Notes: generated from the letters alone by a model not told the origin. A stretch of DNA of 64,000 nucleotides from Squalus acanthias (GCA_030390025.1 JASTWF010000325.1:1-64000); one strand, 5' to 3'; counted from the first letter of the stretch, positions 47,563 to 59,246 are shown. A program made the numbers and translations.

Positions 47563-49371
47563 TCATTGGGGACTATTAGACGGTCCTGCGGCACCTACGG
47601 GGCCGGTAGCAACCGCCACCTTTCCATGTGCACTCAATAAACTGCGCATGGCTCCTAACACTACTTCGAGGTCGTCGGGAGGGGTGGGTGCACCAGCTTC
47701 CCTAGCCGGGACAGGCGCCTGGGCTCGGGCTGCGGGATTTTTATCCTTGGAATCCTTCCAAGGGTTCCTGCAATGCTTGCGCCAGTGCCCTGTCTTCCCA
47801 CACCCGTAACAAGCATTACTTGCCTGTGGGGCGCGATTACCCTCCTGATGCCACTCTCTTTGATACGGGGCTGCGGGTCGTACCTCATGTACTTTTCCCT
47901 TAAGGGGACGTGTTGCCATACCCCTTATATTGCGATATCCTAACGTGAGTCGATTCAAGACCGACTCTTCCGTAATGTTGGGGTCATTGGGATCAAACCA
48001 TGCTTTTGCCTGCTCTCTGACGGCTGGTAAACTGTTGGCTATTATGCACCTAAGCCAATGAGCTAAACCGGCGCCTTCCACATCTTCGCGCTCTGGCGCA
48101 CCTAGACAGCTGCGCTGATATACTGGCCACAGCCTGTCGGCAAAAACCTTCGGGGGTTCTCCCTCCATCTGCACTGTCTGTCCCACTCTAGCAAACGGAC
48201 CTTCATCGTCCGCCCCCAACACTTCCAGGACCTCATTCTTTAATGCCTCATAAGTCTTGGTTCCCCTCTTGCTCTCGCCCGAGAGACACTGAAGGATTGT
48301 ACTGCCTAACGAAAACAACAGCATTTTTGCTGTTTCCCCATCATCGCAGCCGTTAATGGCTGCGGTTTGCTCAACTTCCCTGAAATGTACGGAAGGGTCG
48401 TCTGACTCGGTCAGCTTCCGTACGTGATTTATCATAACTCTCAGCTGGTGTGAGCTGTGAGGCAACACAAGCTGGCCGAGGAGATCCCCTGGTTCCTCCC
48501 CACCGTTTCTGTTTGGGCCCCTTTTTATACCCGTTACTGGATACAACGGTCCCTTTTCCATTTCTTTCTCCATGGGCTCTTTCGTTTCTTCCATTGCTTC
48601 CTCCCTTACCCAGGTTTCCGAATAGCTGGGTGGCGCGGAGGGCGCAGTGGCTAATACTTCCTCTGCTTTACTTGGTGGGGATTTCTCAAACTCCTCACTT
48701 ACTAGCGGCTGGTGTGCTGACGGACTGATAAGGCACACCATGCCGTGCGCTTTGTTCACGGCCCTTTTGAGGTGCTCTATCTCCCTTTTGCAGGCGCTAT
48801 GATCGGCTCCCTGAAACTTATCCTCAAGGGCCAACTTATATGCCGCCCTAACCCCCGTTAAGCTCTCTTCCTGAGTTCTTATCTGGGCAGCTTGGCGGGC
48901 ACATCGTTCCTTTAACCTGCTCTCATTTAACTTTGCCTCAGTGACCTGGCACTCGAGGTAATCTATCCTTGTTTTATGGTGACTGGAGATTTCCTGGCGT
49001 TCTTGGTGCAGCGCACTTAAATTCCTAATGAGCAATTCCCCTCCAGAAACCTTCTCATCCATTTCTCCCTCTAAATGACTGATTCGAGCTGTTAGTGCTG
49101 TAATGGTCTGGTTTGAAATCTGGACCTGCCTTTTGTAACACATTAGCCAGACTGCTTTCTCGAGTGTCTTTTTATGTTCTTTACTATCTGTCCACCTTTC
49201 GGCTGCCTCTAGTGGGCTTTTATCCGCTAACAATTCACTTATCCATTTCTTAGTTAGATTAACCTTTCCGAACACATAATCTGCTATCTTTTCCTGCATA
49301 ACATTTCGTACAGTCATTCCAAAGTCTAACACACTACCCTCTCGCTGCCAGTGTCCTGCCGCGGTCGCCAT
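47563..49371 (-). CDS. gag: Gag (602 aa): coiled-coil N-terminus, PSAP/PPSY late motifs, capsid-like region, CCHC zinc knuckle
   Basis: CYGCGKTGHWRKHC; TAPSAPPSY; directly follows the 5' LTR. Confidence 0.9.
   Translation of the reverse strand: MATAAGHWQREGSVLDFGMTVRNVMQEKIADYVFGKVNLTKKWISELLADKSPLEAAERWTDSKEHKKTLEKAVWLMCYKRQVQISNQTITALTARISHLEGEMDEKVSGGELLIRNLSALHQERQEISSHHKTRIDYLECQVTEAKLNESRLKERCARQAAQIRTQEESLTGVRAAYKLALEDKFQGADHSACKREIEHLKRAVNKAHGMVCLISPSAHQPLVSEEFEKSPPSKAEEVLATAPSAPPSYSETWVREEAMEETKEPMEKEMEKGPLYPVTGIKRGPNRNGGEEPGDLLGQLVLPHSSHQLRVMINHVRKLTESDDPSVHFREVEQTAAINGCDDGETAKMLLFSLGSTILQCLSGESKRGTKTYEALKNEVLEVLGADDEGPFARVGQTVQMEGEPPKVFADRLWPVYQRSCLGAPEREDVEGAGLAHWLRCIIANSLPAVREQAKAWFDPNDPNITEESVLNRLTLGYRNIRGMATRPLKGKVHEVRPAAPYQREWHQEGNRAPQASNACYGCGKTGHWRKHCRNPWKDSKDKNPAARAQAPVPAREAGAPTPPDDLEVVLGAMRSLLSAHGKVAVATGPVGAAGPSNSPQ
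49353..49370 (-). promoter_or_regulatory. Primer-binding site, tRNA-Arg (TCG-type)
   Basis: TGGCGACCGCGGCAGGAC is complementary to the 3' end ..GTCCTGCCGCGGTCG-CCA of vertebrate tRNA-Arg (tRNA sequence from memory). Confidence 0.8.
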
Positions 49372-49375
49372 TTTC

Positions 49376-51018
49376 TGTAAGGGATTTGACGTGCGTGTCT
49401 CTCAGCCTGTGAGATTCACGCGGCTCTGTGCAGCCTGTATGTCAGTGCGGGTTTAGGCCTTGTTGCCTGTTCTGGTCTCCAGCCAGTCTGGGAGCACTAG
49501 ACACACCTGTGAGTGGTTCGAATCACTCGCCCTTACGGTTCTAGACACTGGACTTAGATGCGAGAGCAGTAATGGAGATGAAACTCATGTAGACTCGGTT
49601 GAATGGTACGAAATGGAAAAATCTTTATTGCATGATATTCAAGATTACGAATACATGTCATAAGCACAGATTAATGACAGTACAATCTTACACGCAGTTG
49701 TATAGCTAATTCTAGGGAAACGAGGAACGAACGACACACCGTAAATAGGGGCACACATTACAAGTATCCTTAATACTTAAACCCTCCCCTATCAATATCT
49801 GTCCTAGCTAGATTCGTAGGATTCGAGACTCATGCTCACCACTCGTGATAACTCGGAGAAATTCCGAATAGCTGATCGGATGTTTTCACCACAGCACCCA
49901 CGTGTCGATCAGGGGGTCTCCTGGTCCCACTTGTTTACTTGCTTCTGCTCCGGCTAGCAGGCTGGAACGTCTGCTGTGATGAAGATCTGTGTTGGTTGGT
50001 TTAACAGGCACTGTCCGGATGGGTTTCACAGACCAGTCAATATCATCTTGGAGGATCTTCCGAGGTCCGTTCTTGCAAGTTCAAAGAAGTCTCCCTGGCA
50101 AGGAAACTTGGCTATTCGACCTACAGGCGCGGTCGGGGCTTACTGACCGTGGCGATGAGTATGGTCTTCCTCTCTTCTCATCTCATCTCATCTCATCTCA
50201 TCTCATCTCGGGCCTTTGGTTCCGATGCCAGTTACCAACATAGGTCTTCGTTACGCGACACGAGGTAGATCCGAACGGATCATAAAGTTCAACAGTCTTT
50301 TTCAAAGAGGCACCAGGCAAGCAGGAACAAGACTACGAGTCAAAACACAGGAGCAGCCACGAGGATACGAGTCGATCGGATAAGAGAAAGATGGACGGTT
50401 GGAGCTTGTAATTATAGTACAAAATCTTCCGTTTCCCGCCCAACCTTAATGCCCTTTCTTTTGTTTGGGTTTGGCGCTCAAATGTCTTGTATGGGTGATC
50501 TCCGTTCTTAATGGGTTTCGGGGCTACTCGTAAATGCCTGAGTACCTGTTAATATTTCTCCCATTGTTAAATCGGTCGGTGTTCTCCCTGGAGGGGTTTT
50601 GGGGCTTCCAAGTGTTTTGTATAACTACCCGCTAACGGCTCTCTCATCGTAGAGTCGTTGGGATTTTACATATTAATGTCTTTGGATGGGCCCTTGATTA
50701 CTTGGTACAATAGCTTTCATTCGTACCTGGGAGACCGATTTCAGTATTTATGTGTATACTGCAAACCCATAATGTCTCGTGTATTATCTTCAATGTGCTG
50801 AATCTTAATCGATCTTGCACAAATGTTTATTGGAACGCCATCTTGTCTGCCTGTCGAAGAGTCTAGAATGTTCTGTCACGAGGTGCGGCGGCCATTTTAC
50901 AGGCTGCTTGTGTCCACTTTGAAAACCCTGACAGCATTCTGCTGAAATAAAAGCTGTTTGAACGAAACTCTGTGTTTTCTCCTTATTAATAAAATCGCGA
51001 TATATTGCGAATTCTACA
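49376..51018 (-). repeat. 5' LTR
   Basis: Differs from the 3' LTR by ~2 substitutions, three 1-bp indels and one 20-bp indel (by eye). Confidence 0.97.
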
Positions 51019-51415
51019 AGGAGAATCAGCAGCAGCAACGTGGGAGGGAGGCGCTCAATGTTGCCTCTTCAAGGGCCGTCTGGGAACGCCTGATAAGACA
51101 CCGCTTCAGATGAATGACAGAGAAGATGGCTTTTGGGATGAAGAAGCACATCATCGCAACCATCCCGTAGCCCCTATTACCAAGCAAAGCTCCAATGAGT
51201 AAAATGAGCAAAGTTGTCAATTTTCAATTAAAAAAATTATTTTTCTGACAAACTGTGTCTTATTAAGCACAACCAATACCAAACAAACACAGTTCATTAA
51301 CAAACACAACTGGTTCTTACCACATCGAGATAAGCGTTAACAGAGTGAACAAGATATTAACATAAACATCCAACTTTGGGACAAACATTCCCCCCATTTG
51401 TTTGAGAATTTTTAG

Positions 51416-53307
51416 TTATTCGCCCTTCGAGGGTGATCTCCATCCCTTGCGCACTTCCCCCCTTCCCACCCTACTGCTCCTCCGTAATGGGGCCCCAGTG
51501 GCTGCAGCAAGGCTGGTGGAAGGCTGCTGAATGTCAGTTCCAGAGACTACAGATGCCCTTGAAGGACGCCCTCGACCAGCTCTGGGCCTGGAGGGCCCGG
51601 CTGCAGACTGCACCAACTCTGCATGGGCGGCAACAGTCTGGGCTACAGGCGGTGGCAAGTGCAATGGCGGAGTGGCAGTGGTGGGAGCAGGAATGTTGAT
51701 ATCCTGAGAGAGGACAGCACCTTCCTGCTCGACCAACACACTGTCACTCCCCCAGGACAGTACCTCAGCATCCGGAGCAATCTGCTCGAGCACAGATTGT
51801 TGGCCTGCTGCGGCACCGTGAGATCCCCGGTGGACTGTGGGTGACCCAGCGACGATGGCAGCAGTCAGCGCTTGTGTGGCATCAATCTGAGACTGCATCA
51901 GAACAGTCTGAGACTGGATGGCACCAACCAATGACTCGATTCCAGCACTAAGCCGTTGCATTGCCTCGGCCTGTGCTACAATAGATCCTGCCACCTCACC
52001 CATTACACGCGGCATGGGGTCTGGGTCCCCACGGTCTCCCTGCAATTCAACCATCCTCTGCAACGAGGCAAGGATGGGTTCAAGGGTTTACGCACAGATG
52101 GCACCAGTGCTAGCGGCGGACTCCTCCACGCTCCTAGCCAGTGCACCCATGCTGTCGGGCACCCTTGCCCTTGCACCCATGAGCTCTGAATGCATGCTCA
52201 TTGCCTGAGTATTCATGGCCGCTATATCGAGGTCCTCATCCGAGTCCTGTGCAGCAGAACTTGTGCGCGCACTCACCCTCCGGGGAGATGGCCCCCAAGC
52301 TTCCTCTCCCCCATGACGTTGCTGCAGCCCGCTGGGTCCCGGACCTTCATCCAGATCAGATCCAAATCCCCTGCTCCACTCCAGCGACCGTGTGGCCCCA
52401 GTATCCGATGTGTCACCCTCGGGAGACGCAGGCAGTGAGGCTCCGGCTTGCTGTTCCTCCTCCTCTCCCACGTCGCTGCCACTGGGAGGCTGAGGGACAG
52501 GTGGTCAGCTGGTGGTTCACTATCTGAAAGCAGGAATGTTCAAGAGTGGCTTTAACGTGAGGGCAGGAAGGGAGCAAGGAATGGAAACAGTACAGTTAGA
52601 TGGAAAGTGGGAAAGGCTGGTGTTGTGAGGGTCAGGTGGTATGAGAGAGGAGATAAAGCTGATGAACTTACTGTTGCTTCCCCAAGGGGGTCGACCTCTC
52701 CAACGGCCACAGCACTGACTACATGACTGGCGATGAGTCTGTGGACTCACTCCTCTAGCTGTGTGAGGAGGTGCAGCTCCGCCTGTCCTCCTCCCGTCTA
52801 TTGTTGCTCCCTCCTGTTATGTGAAAGCTTGGCCTGCAAGAAAAGGGACAGCGTCTGAGTGAGTGTGCAGCCATGTGCTTGGCAGATGTGCCTACCATAG
52901 TTGAATAGCCGTTAATGTCTGCAAGGTGTGGGATGTGGATGTGACTTTTATCAGATGGGCATAGTTGTTGGGTGAGTGTTGGGAATTTGGCAGTTTACAC
53001 CGTCAGTGCACCGAGTGAGGTTGAGATGATGGGATGTAGAAGTTTTTCAAGCATGTACGCACCTTGACCACCCGAGTGAGGTCGTTGAACTTCTTGCGGC
53101 ACTGCGTATGCGTCCTGTGGACCAGGCTCCTGAATAAACCTGCTGAGCTACCTCCCTTCACACCCTTGTAAACTCCCGGGGCAATGGCTTCCTGCCAGTC
53201 CATGGAAACAGCACTGCCCGGCGGCGTTTCACAGCGCCAACCAGAGCCACCAATGTCTGGTCGCTAAACCAGCGAGCTCTCTCCCTGGGCCTCTGAATAG
53301 CCATCAT
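51416..53307 (-). pseudogene. Harbinger C Myb/SANT-like gene, degenerate
   Basis: RPRERARWFS.., RTHTQCRKKFNDLTRVVK, AGPSRPRAGRGRPS; frameshifts and stops. Confidence 0.88.
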
Positions 53308-54822
53308 GAATCTTTGCTGAAGATTTTTACCTGCTTGCAGGCCGAGGTCAAACGCTGCAATGAGCAGGGTGTGACTGTGCAGCAAGATGGACCCTCCCCT
53401 TTAAGAACTGGACAGCGCCAGTCTGCCTGAGTACAAGGTGATTGACATCGCCTGAGCTTCAGTAGCGCTCTGAGGTAACGCTTCGTTCCCCGATGTTAGC
53501 GCCCTCAGAGAGGTGTGTAGCGCTTGATTTAGCGCTCCAATCACCTCCAGGGGTGCTGGAGACGAATTTCACGGTTGGCGGTGACAATTTGCGCCGGGCA
53601 CTAAAATTTGCGCCCGGCTGATATTAGAGCCCCAAAATGGGCGATACCGAATTTTTCCCCCTAACTGTCTCTCCCAGTCCTTGGTGCACCTTGTTTCTAC
53701 TTTTTAGTACTACATCTTGGTGCCAAACCCCCTGCCAAATGAGTTTAAACCCTCCCTCACAGCACGAGTTAACCTGCCCGCAAGGATATTGGTCCCAGCT
53801 CTGGTCAGGAGCAACCAGATAGTGAACCACCAGTCGCAATGCCCCAGGAATCTGAAACCCTCTCTCCTGCACCATGCCTCTAGCCACGTATTAACCTGCC
53901 ATATCCTCCTATTTCTACTCTCACTAGCGCGTGGCACTGGGAGTAATCCAGAGATTACTACCTCTGAGGTTCTGCTTTTTAACTTCCTCCCTAGTTCCTT
54001 AAACACTGACTGCATGACCTCAACCCTCTTCCTCCCTATGTCGTTGGTTCCGACATGGACCACGACTTCTGGCTCTTCCCTTTCCCCCCACAGAACGTTC
54101 TACACCCTCTCCGTGATGTCCCTTACCCTGGCACCAGGGAGGCAACATACCATATGGGACTCACACTGGCGGTCGCTGATCTGCCTGTTCTGTCCCCCTA
54201 TCGAATCTCAAATCACTACTGCACTCCTACACTTTGCTGTACCCCTCTGTGCAGTCTTTGCCTCACGGTGCCAGGCTCGGGACTGCACTCCTTCAAGGTG
54301 TTGTCACCCTCACCGGTATTCAATGCTGAATATCGGTTTGAGAGTGTCACACTTCCTGCATTACCTGCCTCTTACTCCCCTTCCAGGTGGTCATACAGTT
54401 TGTATTCTGAATTTTCTCTGGCTGTGGGGTGACCACATCATGGAACCTGCGATCCAGGAAACATTCAGCTGCCCGTATGCCCTGCAATGATATCAGCTGC
54501 CCCTCAAGCTCAGAAACCCTGAGCTCGAGTTCGAGCAGCTGGAGGCACTTCCTGCACACATGGGCCTCTGGTACACATGAAGTGTCCTGAGGTTCCCACA
54601 TGGCGCAGGAATTGCAGGCTATGGGTCGCAGCTGTCCCTCCATTCTAATTAGAAACTTTAAAAAGCTCCTTAGATATAAGGTGATTATTTATATAATTAC
54701 TGTTAACTAGGTCTAAACTATTTATATGTATTAAATTACACTGTTATTTTTCTATTCATCCTCAAAGTGAACTAACCAAAGACTCAAGCTTAACAAGAAC
54801 CACTGAGATCACTAAACACAAA

Positions 54823-55898
54823 GGGCCAGAAATTCGTTATAGCCAAGGAATGGGCGGTGTTGAGACTAAAAATGGTTAAGTAGCGCCAGTTGAAAAATCA
54901 TCTAGACTGCACACAAAATTCGTCCTCACGCCTCATTAAAATGATTGCAGTCCTGATTCTCATCTAAAAACCCAAGCTCATTGGTGTTACACTGAAAAGA
55001 TGGGCCAATATCAGGTGTAGTCTAAAGGTAAGTAGTGATTGCCACAGGCTTTTTTCACTACTTAAAGGGGAGGCCCATTGATGCTGAAGCACCTCATTCT
55101 CAGCATTGTTGGGTGTGCAGCTGCCTCAACAACCATAAGAAGAAGGACAAGGATAAGGAGCAATTATTTACAAATGCTGATGGCAGATCGCTGCCCCAGG
55201 GAGAGAGCCTGGAGGTTTTCCAAAGAAGCTTTGGAAGCATTGGTTTTAGGGAGAGAAGGTGGGCAGTCCTGTACCAACTGGCAGGAGGCCCTCGCCACAA
55301 GTCTGCTGGACTATGTGGAGGGAGGTGGCACACCACGTCATGGGCAGCACTGTGGTCTCCAGTTCCCACACCCAGTGCAGGAGGAAGTTTCATGAGCTCA
55401 CACAGGTAGTCAGGGTGAGTGAAGGCTTCAACAAATGCTAATTACCACCATCTGTACCACAAGCTTCACACACTGCTCAATGTACCACACCCCCAGCACT
55501 CACCCACCAACAATCTCTACCTAGCAACACTCACACCCACATCTCACACCTTGCACACAATGACAGCTATTCAACTTTGGCAGGCACAAGGGTCATTAGT
55601 TATTAGAATTCATGTGCTATGTGTGATATGTTTATAGATAAATTTATTAATGGTGTTTGGAATATTTTGTGGTCTCTCTCATTTCACCTTTGCGCCCAGG
55701 AGCATGCTGTGATATGGCGTGAGACAGGGGTGGTATGATGGGGATGTGGTGAGCAATGGGGATCTGGGGTTTCATTCATGCGAATCGGAGTCTGATGAGC
55801 CGATCACGGACAGCCCATCCGGAAGGCCGATTGACTCGCTGCCTCCGCCCTCCCTCCTGTTCCTCCTCCTCCTCGTTCTCTTCCTCCTCGTCCTCCTC
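54823..55898. mobile_element. Old Harbinger remnant: TIR-like GGGCCAGAAATTCG, Myb exon 1 (+), transposase C-terminus (-, ~55775-55898)
   Basis: PRERAWRFS..HTQCRRKFHELTQVVR|GTGAGT; minus-strand acidic tail then AVRDRLIRLRF. Confidence 0.75.
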
Positions 55899-56492
55899 CT
55901 AATTGGAGGCGGTATCAGCGGCAGCGGTATTTAAACAGCGGGAGACCGGGCAGCGCGGTCCTAATTGGAGGCGGTATCAGCGGCGGTATTTAAACAGCGG
56001 GAGACCGGGCAGCGCGGGCCTAATTGGAGGCGGTATCAGCGACGGTATTTAAACAGCGGGAGACCAGGCAGCGCGGTTCTAATTGGAGGCGGTATCAGCG
56101 ACGGTATTTAAACAGCGGGAGACCAGGCAGCGCGGTCCTAATTGGAGGCGGTATCAGCGACGGTATTTAAACAGCGGGAGACCAGGCAGCGTGGTCCTAA
56201 TTGGAGGCGGTATTAGCGGCGGTATTTAAACAGTGGGAGACCGGGCAGCGCGGACCTAATTGGAGGCGGTATTAGCGGCGGTATTTAAACAGCGGGAGAC
56301 CGGGCAGCGCGGTTCTAATTGGAGGCGGTATTAGCGGCGGTATTTAAACAGCGGGAGACCAGGCAGCGCGGTTCTAATTGGAGGCGGTATTAGCGGCGGT
56401 ATTTAAACAGTGGGAGACCGGGCAGCGCGGTTCTAATTGGAGGCGGTATTAGCGGCGGTATTTAAACAGCGGGAGACCGGGCAGCGCGGACC
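55899..56492 (+). repeat. 10 x 59-bp tandem monomers at the 5' end of a CR1
   Basis: Unit CTAATTGGAGGCGGTATCAGCGGCGGTATTTAAACAGCGGGAGACCGGGCAGCGCGGTC; starts at 55899, 55961, 56020 ... 56433. Confidence 0.93.
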
Positions 56493-57227
56493 GGTGAGTG
56501 TAAAGAAGTAAAAAGTAATCAAAATGTGACGTCACCAGAAAGCAGGTAAGTGATTGGTTGGTGAGTATTTCTCTATTACTCGCTTTCTTCCAAACTTGGG
56601 CTTCTAAATTTAAGTGCCTTGGTGTAGATTAAAAGATATACGTGTTCCAAATTTTAAAAAATGAATGAATTAATTAATTGAGATGAGAGACCAGGCAATG
56701 TGTTGTTGTTGTTGCATGTGGGAGCTGGTGGACACCATTGAGGTCCAAGGCGACCACATCTGCAGCAAATGTTGGCTGCTCGAGGAACTTCGGCTCACAG
56801 TTGATGAGCTGGAGTCCGAGCTTCAGACACTGCGACACATTAGGGAGGGGGAGCGTTACCTGGACACTAAGGGGTAGAAATTAGGTCGCGCCCCATTTGG
56901 GGCGCAAATATCGTCCGCGCGCAAATATTAGCGCCTGGCGCTAATTATCGGCACTGACAGGAAACTTCACTTTTACCGCCCCGGGAGGTGAGTGGAGCGC
57001 TAAATTAGGCGCTGCACACCTCTCTTAAGGCGCAAAGGCCTAGGAGTGAGGCGCTACCTCAGCGCACGAGCGCAGCGCAGCTGCTGCCAGTTAGCGAGGG
57101 AACACAGACACACTGGCGCCGGACACTTCTTAAAGCGGGAGGGGCCACTTGCTCCCCAGCCACACCCTGCTCATTGCAGCCTTGAATCTCAGCCTGGAGA
57201 GACCTGTAATCCATTTTGCTGCCAAGC

Positions 57228-59246
57228 ATGGAGAGGGTGAGAGAACGCGCTCATCGCTTCACCGAGCGGGCCTTGGATGCTCTGGTTGATGCAGTGGAGC
57301 GCAGACGATGCATGCTGTTCCCGGAGAGTGGCAGGAGGCCTTTGCCACGCGAGTTCAGAAGAGTGTGGAGGGAGGTGGCTCAGAGCGTCTCCTCCAGGAG
57401 CATGGTGCCCAGGACCCATGTCCAGTGCCGCAAAAAGTTCAACGACCTCACTCGGGTCGTCAGGGTGAGTGGCTTTTTCTCAATACCTCTCCATCCCTCC
57501 ATCTCAACCTCACTCTATGGCCAGAGGGTCTTAAAACCCCAATGCACAACACTCATGCAACACCTATGGCCCTTTCATCAAACACACACACACATTCCAC
57601 ACTTTGCATACAGTAAGGGCTATTCACCTATGGGAGGCACATCAGGCAAGACCATGGCTGCATACAGTAAGGGCTATTCACCTATGGGAGGCACATCAGG
57701 CAAGACCATGGCTGCATACAGTAAGGGCTATTCACCTATGGGAGGCACATCAGGCAAGACCATGGCTGTATATTGTAAGGGCTATTCACCTATGGGAGGC
57801 ACATCAGGCAAGACCATGGCTGTATATTGACTCAGATGCTGTCCTTTTTCCTGCAGGCTAAGCTGGCTCATAATCGGAGACAGCAGCAACGGACGGGTGG
57901 AGGGCGGCTTCAGCTGCAACCCCTCAGCGATCTGGAGGAGCGCGTCCACAGGATTGTGGCAAGCCGGGTGATCGGTCCCGTCGCCACTGGAGACGCCGAC
58001 CCCGTTGTGGACAGCAATGGTAAGGTCATCACCTTTTTGTCCTCTGTCCTTCCACTTGTCCCTCACAATACCAGCCTTTGACACTTTCAATCCAACTTGC
58101 TAACTCGCTGCACTTATTCCTCCCTTACTGCCACCCTGTCCTCACGCTAAAGCCACTCTTGTACCTCCCTGCTTTCAGATGGTGATTCACCAGCTGAGGA
58201 GATGGTCCCTGAAGCTGCCACTGGGAGTGATGCTGCAGCTGAGGAGGAAGAGGAAGCCGGAGCATCAGTGCCACCCTCTCCCGAGGAAGCCCATGGCCAC
58301 ACTGGGAACACGCCTTCCCCGGAGGGGAGCAGGGGGGAAGGGGCTGATGATGGTGAAGTTCCAGGACCCAGCGGGCTGCAGCAACGCCATTGGGGGGGGA
58401 GGGAAGAACGGGGGAGCAGGGGGGAAGGGGCTGATGATGGTGAAGTTCCAGGACCCAGCGGGCTGCAGCAACGCCATGGGGGGGGGGAGGGAAGAACGGG
58501 AGCCTTCTCCCCAGAGGGAGAGTATGCCAGACACTCCTAATGCAAGGGACGCAGAGGAGGAGCGGCTGATTGCAGAAATGAACAGCCAGGCGGTGGGCAT
58601 GCACACTGAGCTCATGGGTGCAGTGGGAAGGGTGCCCGAATGCATTGAGGCACTGGCAAGGAGTGTGGAGCACTTCGCTGTAGCACAGGCGGATGCCACA
58701 CTAAAGCTTACTGCTGCAATTCAGTCACTGGCTGCCAGGAACCCATCTGAGACTGCTCTCATGCAGACTCAGATTGAGGCCACGCGAGCACTGACTGCTG
58801 CCATCCTCGATGGTTCGTGCACATGTCCCCGGGGCTGTCACCGCGCCGCAGCAGGCCAGCAATCTGTTCTCCGGCAAATTGCTCCGGATGCTGAAGTGCT
58901 GCCCCGTGGGAGTGCCAGTGTGTCGGGCGAGCAGGGAGTTGCTGTCCTCTCTCACGATGACAGCATTCCTGCTGCCAACACTGTCACTTCTCCACTGCAC
59001 TTGCCACCGCCTGTAGGACAGACTGCTGCCGCCCATGCAGAGTTGGTGCAGTCTGCAGCCGGGCCCTCCAGGCCCAGAAGTGGTCGAGGCCGTCCTTCAG
59101 GGGCATCTGCAGTGTCAGGGTCTGACAAGCAGCAGCCTTCCACCAGCCTTGCTGCAGCCACTGAGGTCCCATTACGGAGGAGCAGTAGGGTTAGAAGGGG
59201 GGAAGTGCGCAAGGGAAGGAGATCACCCTCGAAGGGCAAAAAGTAG
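57228..59246 (+). pseudogene. Harbinger B Myb-like gene with an 87-bp duplication and a +1 frameshift in a G-run (~58480)
   Basis: Alignment by eye to 18044-19866. Confidence 0.85.

Larger units (their letters stand above)
41632..51018 (-). mobile_element. Pol-less endogenous retrovirus-like LTR element (gag - readthrough ORF X - env); lokiretrovirus/Bhikhari-like by inference
   Basis: 3' LTR 41632-43253 (1622 bp) and 5' LTR 49376-51018 (1643 bp), TG..CA; AGGA TSD; polypurine tract AACAGGAGGGAC next to 43254; PBS next to the 5' LTR. Confidence 0.95.
40113..53661. mobile_element. Harbinger copy C (divergent, ~4.16 kb net) interrupted by the ERV-like element
   Basis: TAA TSDs (40110-12, 53662-64); TIRs GCAGGAAAAATTCGG / CCGAATTTTTCCCCC. 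Confidence 0.92.
31108..54650 (-). mobile_element. Old, near full-length CR1 LINE serving as scaffold. Pieces: 3' end 31108-31345; RT 35651-37105; endonuclease 38375-39480; ORF1 esterase and zinc finger 53665-54643
   Basis: Collinear domains across the insertions: CNSC..CRKC, VHVGTNDIGR, WEYDVVAITET, YRPP/IMGDF, SDH, KSPGPDG, GVPQGSVLGP; AEV|LNEYFASV is split at the 37106 insertion. Confidence 0.8.
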
